Assembly: GCA_963803435.1 (NCBI GenBank)
Contig: CAWDML010000001.1
Coordinates: 736,001 to 800,000, forward strand
Direction: 5' to 3'
DNA length: 64,000 nucleotides
Source: an uncultured delta proteobacterium
Lineage (GTDB): Bacteria > Myxococcota > Kuafuiibacteriia > Kuafuiibacteriales > Kuafuiibacteriaceae
Shown here: positions 1 to 9,279 of the stretch, piece by piece
Numbering within the stretch: position 1 is the first letter of the stretch
How the letters are laid out: each line of letters starts with the position of its first letter
Position numbers and translations under genes: made by a program
Notes under the pieces: generated by a model
Told to the model about the DNA's origin: nothing
Database searches by the model: none
The model's input: only the letters and a program-made list of their open reading frames with translations

Positions 1-1
1 G

Positions 2-277
2 GGGAGCGAAGGTGCGTTCCTCGCCTGCACCTTCTGGTTGGCCGACAACTACGCCTTTGCGGGGCGCGTCGACGAGGCGCAGGAGCTCTTCGAGCGGCTG
101 CTGTCGCTTCGTACCCCACTCGGACTGCTCGCCGAGGAGTACGAGCCCTCCTTGCACCGACTCATCGGCAACTTCCCGCAAGGCTTCTCGCACCTCGCGC
201 TCATCACCTCGGCGAGCGTGCTCGACGCAGCGATCCGTGGGGAGCGGGCGTCAGAGACCAGGCGTCCCGCCGCCTAG
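2..277 (+). CDS. Glycoside hydrolase family 15 (glucoamylase/trehalase-like), C-terminal fragment; 5' end outside window
   Basis: Frame reads GSEGAFLACTFWLADNY...LGLLAEEYEP...LIGNFPQGFSHLALI, the typical GH15 C-terminal motifs. Confidence 0.9.
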   Translation, partial: GSEGAFLACTFWLADNYAFAGRVDEAQELFERLLSLRTPLGLLAEEYEPSLHRLIGNFPQGFSHLALITSASVLDAAIRGERASETRRPAA

Positions 278-507
278 GTGAGGTCCTCGCCTTGCCCGAG
301 CAAACGGTGATCGGCAGGCGCGGAATCAGCGACCGGAGTCGCCGCACCGCAAGATCGAGGGCATGCCCCTTCGAGGATGCTGTTGGTTCAAGTCGGCGCG
401 CGCGCGATGAGCCCGTTCGTGGAAATCCTCGGACCGGCGCTCCGCCCCGCCAATGACACTACCATGAGCCGTGTTGTCGAGCGGGACGCCTGGCGTTAGG
501 ACCAACC

Positions 508-2121
508 ATGCTCGAGCTAATCGCTGCGCTGCTCCTGAGCGCGACGCCGTACGATCTCGTGCTCGCGGACGGACGGGTGGTCGATGGGACCGGCGCGCCT
601 TGGTTTCGCGCCGACGTCGGCATCCGTGGTGATCGGATCGCGGCGATCGGAGATCTCGGCTCGGCCAAGACGAAGCGTCGCATCGACGTGGGCGGGATGG
701 TGATCGCGCCCGGCTTCATCGACATGCTCAACCAGTCGGAGCTGGGGGTGCTGATCGACAACCGGCTCGAGTCATACGTGCGGCAAGGCTTCACCACGCT
801 CGTTTGTGGCGAAGGCCGGTCGATCGCACCGCTGAACGAGGCCATGGTGCAGGACCTGGGACCGCTCCTGGATCGCTTTCAACTGAAGGTCGACTGGACG
901 GATCTGAACGGCTTTCGACGCCGATTCGAGAAAAATCGTTCGGCCCTCAACTTCGCGCTGATCGTGGGCGCCACTTCGCTGCGCGAGTACGTGCTCGGCT
1001 CGGGGGACGTACAGCCGAACGCGCAGCAGCTCGAGCGCATGGTCCGGGAGGTGGAGCGCGCGATGGATCAGGGAGCGTTCGGAGTCTCGAGCGCACTGAT
1101 CTATCCCCCCTCGACGTACGCGCACACCGAGGAGCTGATCGCGCTCGCCGCCGCCGCCGCAAGAGAGGGGGGCTCATACTTCACGCACATGCGAAGCGAG
1201 GCGGACGAGATCATGCCGGCGCTCGAAGAGGCGATCCGCGTCGGTCGCGAGGCGAAGATACCGGTCGAGATCTGGCATCTCAAGGTCGCGGGCAAGAACA
1301 ACCACGGGCGGATGAAGGAGGTCGTCGCCCGGATCGAGCAAGCGCGACGCGAGGGGGTCGACGTCACCGCCGACGTCTATCCGTACACGGCGGCGATGAA
1401 CGGGCTCACCGCGAACATTCCGGCCTGGGCGCAGAACGGCGGCAACGCTGCGATGCTGCAGCGAATCGAGGATCCCGCGACACGGGCGCGCATCAAGGCA
1501 GAGCTCTGGAACGGCGGGCTGGGAAGAGAGACTCCCGACGGCATCCTGCTCGCCGTGAGCCCCGCTCCCGAGGTGCAGCGCTTCATGGGCAAGCGCCTCG
1601 ACAGCGTGGCCAAGGAGCTCGGCCGCACGCCCGAGGACGCGCTCCTCGATCTGGTGAAGATGAGCAAGGGTTGGATTGGCGTGGTCCGCTTCGTCATGGA
1701 CGAGAAGGATCTGGAGCTCGCGCTGCGACAGCGCTGGGTCTCCATCGGCACCGACGCCGGCGGTCGCGCGCTCGACGGACCGTTCGCCGGCGAGCGCGCT
1801 CACCCGCGCGCGTTCGGGACCGCGCCGCGCGTGCTGGGGCGCTACGTCCGCGAGCGGAGGCTGCTCGCAATGGAAGAGGCGGTCCGAAAGATGACGTCGC
1901 TCCCGGCGCGGCGCTTGCGAATGTGGGATCGCGGTCTGCTGAGGCCGGGCTTGTCAGCCGACATCGTGGTCTTCGATCCGGAGACCATCCGAGATTTGGC
2001 GACGTTCGACGAGCCCCTCCAGTACTCCGAGGGCGTTCGCGTCCTGATCGTGAACGGCCGCGTGGTCATGGAAGGCGGAAAGTTGACCGCCGAGCGTCCC
2101 GGACGGCTGCTTCGCCGATGA
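508..2121 (+). CDS. N-acyl-D-amino-acid deacylase (D-aminoacylase family amidohydrolase), secreted
   Basis: Signal peptide; VVDGTG, PGFID, YFTHMRSE, HLK, DVYPY, HPRAFGT, KMTSLPA, ADIVVFDP motifs. Confidence 0.88.
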   Translation: MLELIAALLLSATPYDLVLADGRVVDGTGAPWFRADVGIRGDRIAAIGDLGSAKTKRRIDVGGMVIAPGFIDMLNQSELGVLIDNRLESYVRQGFTTLVCGEGRSIAPLNEAMVQDLGPLLDRFQLKVDWTDLNGFRRRFEKNRSALNFALIVGATSLREYVLGSGDVQPNAQQLERMVREVERAMDQGAFGVSSALIYPPSTYAHTEELIALAAAAAREGGSYFTHMRSEADEIMPALEEAIRVGREAKIPVEIWHLKVAGKNNHGRMKEVVARIEQARREGVDVTADVYPYTAAMNGLTANIPAWAQNGGNAAMLQRIEDPATRARIKAELWNGGLGRETPDGILLAVSPAPEVQRFMGKRLDSVAKELGRTPEDALLDLVKMSKGWIGVVRFVMDEKDLELALRQRWVSIGTDAGGRALDGPFAGERAHPRAFGTAPRVLGRYVRERRLLAMEEAVRKMTSLPARRLRMWDRGLLRPGLSADIVVFDPETIRDLATFDEPLQYSEGVRVLIVNGRVVMEGGKLTAERPGRLLRR

Positions 2122-2241
2122 GCTCGGGCTAGGATGAGGCCTCGTGGGCTTGACGATTCTCCTGCTCGCCCTCGCGTGGAGCGAACCGGCCGTGCGCGAG
2201 CCCGAGAGGCCCGAAGGGGCTCTCAGCTCAGGATCGTTGGT

Positions 2242-2284
2242 CCCGCCCTCGAGCCACACCTGACCGACCGGTGGCTCAGGCGGG
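2242..2284. other. Intergenic stem-loop (possible terminator, REP-like element or structured UTR)
   Basis: CCCGCC..GAGCCAC (2242-2257) pairs with GTGGCTC.GGCGGG (2271-2284); a second small hairpin lies near 2204-2224. Confidence 0.35.
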
Positions 2285-2369
2285 CGGTGCGCCTCGTGAA
2301 GGGTAGGACACGATTGTTCGACCGGTCGACGGATGACCGCTCGGCCCGAACTGCGGTCTGGTCTGGGCG

Positions 2370-5324
2370 ATGGGGACGAGGATCGACGTGAAGCGGGCGA
2401 TCGGGGCGCTGCTGCTGGTCGGGCTGGGGATCGACTGCGACTGCGGTGACGGTGGGCTCGGGGTGCTGACCCCCGACATCGAGGCGTCGCCGTCTCCGCT
2501 CTCGTTCGGCGTCGCCTATGTCGGGATCGGCGCCACGCGGCCGCTCGCGATCGAGAACCGGGGCGGTGCGCCGCTGAAGGTGGACGGCCTCCGGGTGGCG
2601 GAGGGGACGCATCCGGGCGTCGCCGTCCAGACCGAGTCCTTCACGCTCGGTCCCGGAGAAGAGCACGCCGTTTTGGTCACCTTCGTGCCGGAGGCCGTGG
2701 GCCCGGCGTACGGGAGCATCCTGATCGACTCCGACGATCCCGACGAGCCTACGCTCGAGGTTCCGATCGAGGGGAGCGGCGAGCGGCGACCCGGTCCGGT
2801 GATCTCGGTCTGCGTGGGCGGTGCAAACCTCACCGAGCGCTGCGTCCTTCCGCTGCGCATCGACTTCGGTCAGGTGCCCTTCGGCCAGACGCGCGAGGCG
2901 ACCGTGACCATCGCCAGCGTGGGGACCGAGAGCCTCGAGCTCCTCTCCGCTGCGTTCGAGATGGGCGCGCATCCTTCGATCACGATCGATCCCCAGGGGC
3001 TCTCCGGAACGATCCCCGTGAACGACTCTCGGATCATCACCGTCCGCTTCTCCCCCACGGTGCCGGAGGAGGTGACCGCGGTCCTGCAGATCACGTCCGA
3101 CGATCCGGAGCGCTCCTTCGTCCCGGTGATCATCACCGGCAGCGGCATTGCGCCGACGTTGTGTCTCTCCGAGCAGGTGCTCGACTTCGGACGGGTCGCG
3201 ATCGGCGACTTCGCCGAGCGAACCGTCAACCTGGAGAGTTGCGGCGAGGTCGCGTTCGACATCACCGCCCTGGAGATCGTGAGCTCCACCGAGTTCTCCA
3301 TCCAGACCGCGCCCGCGCTCCCGAGCATGCTGGCGCCGGGCGACACCGCCGACGTGACCCTCCGCTACGCTCCGGTCGACGCCGGGCGCGACATGGATCA
3401 GATGCGGATCCGCTCCACGGTTCCCGACGGCTTCGTGTCGTTGATCGGTGAGGCGGCTGCCTGCGATCTGGTGGTGACGCCGAACCCGGTGAGCTTCAAC
3501 GCGGTGGCCTCCGGAGCCTCGAGAACGCGGACGGCGCTCCTCGAGAACTCGGGGGGCATCGATTGCACGATCAGCGACATCCAGCTGGGCGCAGGCACGA
3601 CCAGCGAGTTCCGGATCTCCTCGGCGCCCCAGCTGCCGGCGATCCTGTTGCCCGGGAACGCGCTCACCGTCGACGTGGACTACACTCCCGCCGACGCCGG
3701 ATCCGACATGGGAACGCTGGAGATCGCGAGCGACGATCCGACGGAGCCGAGCACGATCGTACAGCTCAGCGGCAGGCGGCTCGGCATCGGGGAGTGCGCG
3801 CTCGACATCACGCCCGATCCGATCACGTACGGTCTGGTGCCCCTGGGGAGCTCGGCCACCATGCAGGTGGCGGTGCAGAACGTGGGCACCAACCTCTGCA
3901 CGCTCTCGCAGCTCCGGCTGTCTCTCTCATCATCCCGTGACTTCTCCATGGTACCGCCGTCCTTCCCGATCCTGATCCCTGGAGGACAATCGAGGAGCTA
4001 CCCGATCGTCTACACGCCTCGCACAGCCGCTCCCCAGACGGGCGAGCTCGACATCTTCACGGGGCTCATTCCGCTCAACCCGGACTACCTGGTGCCGATC
4101 AGCGGTGCCGGCTCGGGGCCGGAGCTCTGCGTCACGCCGGATCCTCTGGTGTTCGGCACGCACACGATCGGACTGCCCATCACGCGCCAGCTCCAGATGT
4201 CGGCGTGCGGGACCGAGAACGTGGTGGTCTCGGCGCTCGCCTTCCCGCCCCCCACCTCCGCGGAATACTCGCTCCCGTCTTCGCCGTCGCTGCCCTTCAC
4301 CCTCACCACCGGCACGCAGCGGAACCTCGACGTGGGCTACACCGGCGTCGACATGGGTCGCGATGACGGCCTGCTCCGGATCACCTCAAATGACGCGATC
4401 GAGCCGTCTCAGGACGTCCAGCTCATTGCCCACAGCAGCAACGCGCCGTGCGGCGACCTGCAGGGCAGGCTCTGCGGCCTCGACGGCGCCGGGCCGGTGT
4501 CCGGTGGCACGGTCTACGTGGACACGCCGGCGGGACGGGTGCAGGCCACCACGAACACCCAAGGCGACTGGGTCCTGACCTGCGTACCGGCGGGCACCTG
4601 GCAGGTCGTGGCGGAGCAAGGATCCTGGAGCACCCGCTTCACGGCGAACGTGCAGCCGGGCTCGCTCACCACCATCCCCGGGCAACAGTGCCTCGACCCG
4701 AGCAGCGCGTCGGTCGCGGTCGTCTGGGGCGAGTGGGATCAGATGGAGGGGGTCCTGGACGCGATTGGCATCCCGTACACCTTCTATCAGGAGGTCGACG
4801 AAGCGGCGCTGATCAACGACCCGGCCGAGCTCGCCCGGTACGACATCGTCTTCCTCAACTGCGGCTGGAACGAGCTGCTCGCCCTCGGCAATCCGGGGCT
4901 GACCAACATCATCGACTTCGTCGACAACGGAGGCTCCATCTACGCCTCGGACTGGGCGTACGACGTGGTGGAGGTGGGATGGCCGTCGTACGTGGACTTC
5001 GTGGGGGACGACAACGTGCGGGACGCCGCCCAGAACGCGGGCCATTTCTCGGGTCTGGTCGACGTGGTGGAGCCGGGGCTGATCAACGCGCTCGGTGGAC
5101 GGACCTGGGTCCCGATCGAGAGCTGCTGCACCGCGATGCTCTCGACCGGTCCGAACACCACGGTCTACCTCCAGGGAGACCGCTTGAACGACGGCGGGAC
5201 GCACCCGTTCATGGTCGGGTTCCAGCCGGGGCCGACCGCCGGCCGCGTCATCTACACCGACTTCCACAACAGCGGGCAGCCGGACATCGACACCGTCTTC
5301 AACTGGCTGATCCTCCAGCTCTGA
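2370..5324 (+). CDS. Surface lipoprotein with six choice-of-anchor D (ASH/Hydin-like Ig) repeats, a carboxypeptidase-regulatory-like beta domain and a C-terminal class I GATase-like domain
   Basis: Hydrophobic signal then DCDC; six 'P..l.FG.V..G...N.G...I.SDDP.EP' repeats; C-terminal 'YDIVFLNCG...FVDNGGSIYASDW'. Confidence 0.75.
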   Translation: MGTRIDVKRAIGALLLVGLGIDCDCGDGGLGVLTPDIEASPSPLSFGVAYVGIGATRPLAIENRGGAPLKVDGLRVAEGTHPGVAVQTESFTLGPGEEHAVLVTFVPEAVGPAYGSILIDSDDPDEPTLEVPIEGSGERRPGPVISVCVGGANLTERCVLPLRIDFGQVPFGQTREATVTIASVGTESLELLSAAFEMGAHPSITIDPQGLSGTIPVNDSRIITVRFSPTVPEEVTAVLQITSDDPERSFVPVIITGSGIAPTLCLSEQVLDFGRVAIGDFAERTVNLESCGEVAFDITALEIVSSTEFSIQTAPALPSMLAPGDTADVTLRYAPVDAGRDMDQMRIRSTVPDGFVSLIGEAAACDLVVTPNPVSFNAVASGASRTRTALLENSGGIDCTISDIQLGAGTTSEFRISSAPQLPAILLPGNALTVDVDYTPADAGSDMGTLEIASDDPTEPSTIVQLSGRRLGIGECALDITPDPITYGLVPLGSSATMQVAVQNVGTNLCTLSQLRLSLSSSRDFSMVPPSFPILIPGGQSRSYPIVYTPRTAAPQTGELDIFTGLIPLNPDYLVPISGAGSGPELCVTPDPLVFGTHTIGLPITRQLQMSACGTENVVVSALAFPPPTSAEYSLPSSPSLPFTLTTGTQRNLDVGYTGVDMGRDDGLLRITSNDAIEPSQDVQLIAHSSNAPCGDLQGRLCGLDGAGPVSGGTVYVDTPAGRVQATTNTQGDWVLTCVPAGTWQVVAEQGSWSTRFTANVQPGSLTTIPGQQCLDPSSASVAVVWGEWDQMEGVLDAIGIPYTFYQEVDEAALINDPAELARYDIVFLNCGWNELLALGNPGLTNIIDFVDNGGSIYASDWAYDVVEVGWPSYVDFVGDDNVRDAAQNAGHFSGLVDVVEPGLINALGGRTWVPIESCCTAMLSTGPNTTVYLQGDRLNDGGTHPFMVGFQPGPTAGRVIYTDFHNSGQPDIDTVFNWLILQL

Positions 5325-5329
5325 TCGAC

Positions 5330-6025
5330 TCATCCGACCCGCGCTCGCGGCGGGAGCTGGTAGTCGATCGGATAGGCCGAGGCGTCCTGCAGCTCCTGTC
5401 CGAGGAGCATCAGGTTGCGGCTCGTGGAGATGAACCCGTGGAGGATGGGTCGATACTGGGTCGAGAGGTACGTGGTCCCACAGGCCGAAGCCTTGGCGCC
5501 GTGCCCGGTCTGCAGCCCGTGCACCTCGAAGAACCGGATCACGCAGAGCTGCTCATGCGCGCGGCAGAGCACGTTCATCCGGCTGCTCGTGAGGGCGGCC
5601 CCCTCCTCCGAGGCCATCAGGGACCCGAGATATGCGTAGGGCCCGAGGGTCGAGATCGAGAGCCGCGCCTCCGCCGCGACGTTGGCGGTGGTCGGGAGCG
5701 GAAGCGTCCGCCTGCACGCTTCGGCCTGGTAGCCGAGCGCGGCCAGATCGGCGAGCGCCATCTCTTCGTGACCGGCTTCCTCTTCCTCGAGATCGTCCAG
5801 CAAGCGGCGATAACGGCCGTGCGATGGGTCCCCCGCCGAGAGGGTCGCGCGCGCGAGCACGATGTTCGAGACCGTGTGTCGAACATAGTGGTACATCTGC
5901 AGCAGGACCATGGCGACGGTCTCGGGAGCGAGTCGGTCGGCCCTCAACCGCGCGCTCCAGAAGCGCTCGGCTCGCGCGAGCAGGCGATGAGTATCGAGCC
6001 GAAAGCGCTGTCCCGGATCCATCAT
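5330..6025 (-). CDS. Heme-oxygenase-like / iron-containing redox enzyme family protein (HDO fold)
   Basis: 3' part of ORF 5330..6925 from ATG 6025 (alternative GTG 6052): QMYHYVRHT, EEEAGHEEMALADL, YLGSLMASEEG, FFEVHGLQTGH. Confidence 0.65.
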   Translation of the reverse strand: MMDPGQRFRLDTHRLLARAERFWSARLRADRLAPETVAMVLLQMYHYVRHTVSNIVLARATLSAGDPSHGRYRRLLDDLEEEEAGHEEMALADLAALGYQAEACRRTLPLPTTANVAAEARLSISTLGPYAYLGSLMASEEGAALTSSRMNVLCRAHEQLCVIRFFEVHGLQTGHGAKASACGTTYLSTQYRPILHGFISTSRNLMLLGQELQDASAYPIDYQLPPRARVG

Positions 6026-6068
6026 GTGCTCGGGATCGGTGATACGTACCACGGGCCAGGTCGCGGCG

Positions 6069-7511
6069 TCACTGGATTGGGAGAAGGGGCTCCGGGCCCG
6101 GAAGCGTGCGCTCCAGGTGGCGCAGCTTGATCTGCGACAAAGGCGCCGGGCTGCCCTCCATGAGTCGATCGAACCGATCGCGCTGGACGACCACGACCGA
6201 GGCGCGATCCAGCCGGAGCATGAATCGCCGCGTGGCGTACTCCACGTTCGTCTCACGCAGCCGCTCGTCGATGCATCGAGCCAGGGCTTCGGTATCTCCG
6301 TCCGGCGCGAGCAGCTCGAAGCGATAGCGAGGCCTCGAATCGGGCGGCCACTCGATCCGGGCCACGAAGTCGCCGATCGAGCAGCCGAGGGTACGCTGCG
6401 CGTGGAGCACGGCATCCACCACCTGGGACTCGGTGACCTTCTCGCCGGCGATCGACACGACGGCTCCCGTGCGGTGGACGAACCGCAAGAGCGGCAGGCG
6501 CTGATAATGGCCGACGACCTCGAGCAGATCCTCGGTGTCGTACCGGTGCAGCCCCCACGCCGTCGTGACGACCAGCCGATACGCGCGCCCCAGCTCGGCG
6601 GCTTCCAGCTCGACGAGCCGGTCCCCGTCGTAGAGCTCGAAGATGAACTGGTGGGCCGCGGGGAGCGCACCGGGGCCGATCGTGGCGATGTGGGGAGCAA
6701 AGTACCCCTCGGAGGCACCGTAGCCGATGTCGCAGACGGGAAGGTTCTCGGTGAGCTGCCCGAGCTGGGGCAGATAGAGCGACGAGGAGCTCGCGGTCCA
6801 GCAGCCGATGAGCGCCAGCCCAGGCCACGCCTCGCGGGGCGTGAGGCGATGGACCTCGCGCAGCCGCTCGAAGAAATAGATGAGGATGCTCGGATTTGGA
6901 GTCGCGATGACGGCGAGCTCCTCACCGAGCGTCAGCTCGAGCAGTCGATCGGTGCGCGCCGTGAAAGGGCTGGTCTGATGGATCTCCTGCGTCACGGTCA
7001 GCAGCCGACCCCCGAACGCGCGCGGTGAGACGAGGCCGTTGATCGAGCCGACCGGGTGGCCTCCCTTGGTCCGGCTATGGGCCACCGGGGAGGTGGTCAC
7101 GAAGATCTTCCCCCGCGGAACACGGTGGTGTTCGATCGCACCGGCCAGCCACTGAAGATGGGACTCGGCGAGCATGCGCCGGAAGGCCCGAGTGACCGGG
7201 ATGAGCCGCGGAGTCAACTCGGAGCCGCTCGTCCGGGTGAACATCTCGATCGGCGCCTTCACGAGTGGGTTGGGCTCGCCGTCGGCGGACCTGTCGATCC
7301 AGGGCCGGAGCTCTTCATGGCGACGGACCGGAACGGCGGCCCGGTAGTCGTCCAGGGTCATTCGACGGTCGAGGCCGTGATCGCTCGCGAACTCAGTATT
7401 TTGGCTCTCGGAGAGTACAAATCGGAGCATGTCCCGGCGGGCTCTGGCAGGATCGCCGGCGGCGCGGTACCAACTCCAGGACAGGGCGGGAGGATTTGCA
7501 GGGCCGCCCAT
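6069..7511 (-). CDS. GH3 family acyl-adenylate/amide synthetase (GH3 auxin-responsive promoter family)
   Basis: NTEF..HGL, TSGS, YGASEG, FIFE, GRAYRLVVTT..GLHRYDTED, SIAGEKVTE, NVEY..RR. Confidence 0.85.
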   Translation of the reverse strand: MGGPANPPALSWSWYRAAGDPARARRDMLRFVLSESQNTEFASDHGLDRRMTLDDYRAAVPVRRHEELRPWIDRSADGEPNPLVKAPIEMFTRTSGSELTPRLIPVTRAFRRMLAESHLQWLAGAIEHHRVPRGKIFVTTSPVAHSRTKGGHPVGSINGLVSPRAFGGRLLTVTQEIHQTSPFTARTDRLLELTLGEELAVIATPNPSILIYFFERLREVHRLTPREAWPGLALIGCWTASSSSLYLPQLGQLTENLPVCDIGYGASEGYFAPHIATIGPGALPAAHQFIFELYDGDRLVELEAAELGRAYRLVVTTAWGLHRYDTEDLLEVVGHYQRLPLLRFVHRTGAVVSIAGEKVTESQVVDAVLHAQRTLGCSIGDFVARIEWPPDSRPRYRFELLAPDGDTEALARCIDERLRETNVEYATRRFMLRLDRASVVVVQRDRFDRLMEGSPAPLSQIKLRHLERTLPGPEPLLPIQ

Positions 7512-7537
7512 CGGCGTTACTCTAACCCGCGGTTTCT

Positions 7538-8461
7538 ATGCGGAGGCGTGAGTTTATCCTGGGAAGTGCGGCTGGGGCGGCGAGCGCCTGCGCCACGACA
7601 CCTTCGAGGGGAGGGGCGGCTCCCGACTTCGATCTCGACGCCCATCTCGCGAACCTGGATGGAGGATTGGCCGCCGTCGGCAACCCATTCACCCCGCTTC
7701 TCACGCGCGAGCTCGGGCGTCCCCATCGGCTGGAGGGCGCCCCCCGGCGGCTGATTCAGCAGTCGTTGAGATCGCTCTTGCTGACCGGGGCCTATCGCGA
7801 CGTCCCGAGGGAGCTCCAGCGCGATCCTCGCCTGACGAGCCGGATCGAGGCCGGGCTGCAAGACATGGACGACGCCGTGCTCGGCGTGACCCGCCTGATG
7901 GAGGACACGTCGCGGCGACAGCGATCGCTGATCGGTGGGTTCCTCCAGCAGAGACCGGATCTCGCCGCGTGCTTTGCCGAGATCGTGGCCGACGAGGCAC
8001 GCGCGGTCGGAGTCTCGCCCGCGCGCCGGCTCCAGCTGCGATCGATGTCGACGCAGGTGACATGGCGGATGACGCGGCAGCCCGTCTCGCTGCTCTTCAA
8101 TCAGTGCTGCGACGCGGTGAACAAGGTCGCGGAGACGTCTTCGAAGGCTCCTCCTGTGGGGTCGGCCGAGGAGGAGGCCGGCCGACAGCCGCTCCCGCCC
8201 GGGGAAGGAGCGGTCCGCACCGGCGCCGTCATGCTGGGCATCGCCGGGGTCCACGGGGTCGCGACGGTGATCGGCTTCGCAACGAGGAGTGCGAGCTTCG
8301 GCGCGATCGCGGGAACGACCGGCGCCGTGGCCCTCCTGGCGGGCCTCATTACCTTGATCACGGGGCTCACCCTCCGAAGCAACGCGGCCCCCGAGACGAC
8401 GTTCATCGATACGGCAGGCGGCGAGTGGAGCCGCATGCTGGAGCCCCCGGCGCAGGAGTGA
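7538..8461 (+). CDS. Hypothetical Tat-exported lipoprotein with two C-terminal hydrophobic helices
   Basis: MRRREFIL twin-arginine motif, ASAC lipobox, C-terminal TM-like segments. Confidence 0.6.
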   Translation: MRRREFILGSAAGAASACATTPSRGGAAPDFDLDAHLANLDGGLAAVGNPFTPLLTRELGRPHRLEGAPRRLIQQSLRSLLLTGAYRDVPRELQRDPRLTSRIEAGLQDMDDAVLGVTRLMEDTSRRQRSLIGGFLQQRPDLAACFAEIVADEARAVGVSPARRLQLRSMSTQVTWRMTRQPVSLLFNQCCDAVNKVAETSSKAPPVGSAEEEAGRQPLPPGEGAVRTGAVMLGIAGVHGVATVIGFATRSASFGAIAGTTGAVALLAGLITLITGLTLRSNAAPETTFIDTAGGEWSRMLEPPAQE

Positions 8462-8463
8462 GC

Positions 8464-8477
8464 GCGAAGCGCTTCGC
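8464..8477. repeat. 14-bp perfect palindrome just after the stop codon of 7538..8461
   Basis: GCGAAGCGCTTCGC is its own reverse complement. Confidence 0.5.
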
Positions 8478-8728
8478 TCGTCTCGGGCGCGCATCCTCAC
8501 GGCTGTGAGCCCCTTGCCCGGGCGTCCTGGACGGCGTCGCGCCACGCCGGCTTGGGTCGGCCGTACGCGTCCCACTCGTGAGCGATGTCCTGAGAACTGC
8601 GAGCCGACCCGGGTCGCCCGGAGCGGAGAAGTCGGCCCTGTCGTCGAGGTTCGATCGGAGCAAGTCTCCTAGTGGAGGGGTCCGGCGCGGTCAATCGGCG
8701 GGCCGGCGCAGGGGCGACCGGGCGCCCG

Positions 8729-8757
8729 TTGACAAATCCGCGGGACGCTTCTAGCCG
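8729..8757 (+). promoter_or_regulatory. Candidate sigma70-type promoter for the His-rich leader/TonB-receptor operon
   Basis: Perfect TTGACA (8729-8734), 17-bp spacer, weak -10 TAGCCG, 7 nt before GTG 8765. Confidence 0.4.
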
Positions 8758-8764
8758 TACAGGG

Positions 8765-9199
8765 GTGGTGCGGGTGCGTGGCTTGCGCGGGCGCCGAGCG
8801 GGCGCCGCGCTTTGTGTCGCGGCGTGGGCGGCCGCGTTCCTCGTCGTCCCCGGCCTTCACCTCGTCCACCATCGGGATGACCACGTCCACCTCCCCGGCG
8901 GGCGCATCGTCTATCATCACCACCACCACGCCCACGCGTCGACCGCGCATCCTCACCCGCACGCGCGCCCGACCTGGACGCGCGATCCCTCGGGCGCTCC
9001 GGACGATCCCTTCACGCCCCCGTTCGCACACGGTCGCGGGGCGCTCGCCCATTTCGGCGCCACCATCCTCGGCGCGCATCCGATGGTGACACTGGCCGAG
9101 CCCCGGCCGCTCCCCGGCATCGCCCGCGCGACGCCGGAGGCGAGACCGCGGGGCCCACGGCGATCGCATCACCTCGCGCGGGCCCCTCCGAGCGCCTGA
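8765..9199 (+). CDS. His-rich membrane leader protein with C-terminal RAPP motif (DUF2946/CruR-like putative arrest peptide)
   Basis: Basic N-terminus plus hydrophobic helix, 14 His in 35 residues, HGRGALAHF, ends LARAPPSA-stop 80 bp before a TonB-dependent receptor; start codon uncertain. Confidence 0.7.
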   Translation: MVRVRGLRGRRAGAALCVAAWAAAFLVVPGLHLVHHRDDHVHLPGGRIVYHHHHHAHASTAHPHPHARPTWTRDPSGAPDDPFTPPFAHGRGALAHFGATILGAHPMVTLAEPRPLPGIARATPEARPRGPRRSHHLARAPPSA

Positions 9200-9273
9200 C
9201 CGCCTCTTTGCCCTCAGCCTAGAGCCGATCGCTTCGGTCGCCGGCGACGTCCGGCGATGCGGAGGCGCGGAGG
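9185..9273 (+). promoter_or_regulatory. Putative anti-SD/SD RNA switch
   Basis: CCTCCG-AG-CGCCT (9185-9197) is complementary to AGGCG-CGGAGG (9263-9273), which includes the receptor SD; inner 7-bp stem TCGCCGG/CCGGCGA (9238-9257). Confidence 0.55.
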
Positions 9274-9279
9274 TGCATC

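Noticed and set aside
278-507. Riboswitch or sRNA in the intergenic region
   Set aside because: No recognisable aptamer consensus; only short GC stems
6026-6925. GH3-HDO fusion or long N-terminal extension of the HDO gene
   Set aside because: The extension is Arg/Ser-rich off-frame translation of GH3, which has its own intact C-terminus and stop
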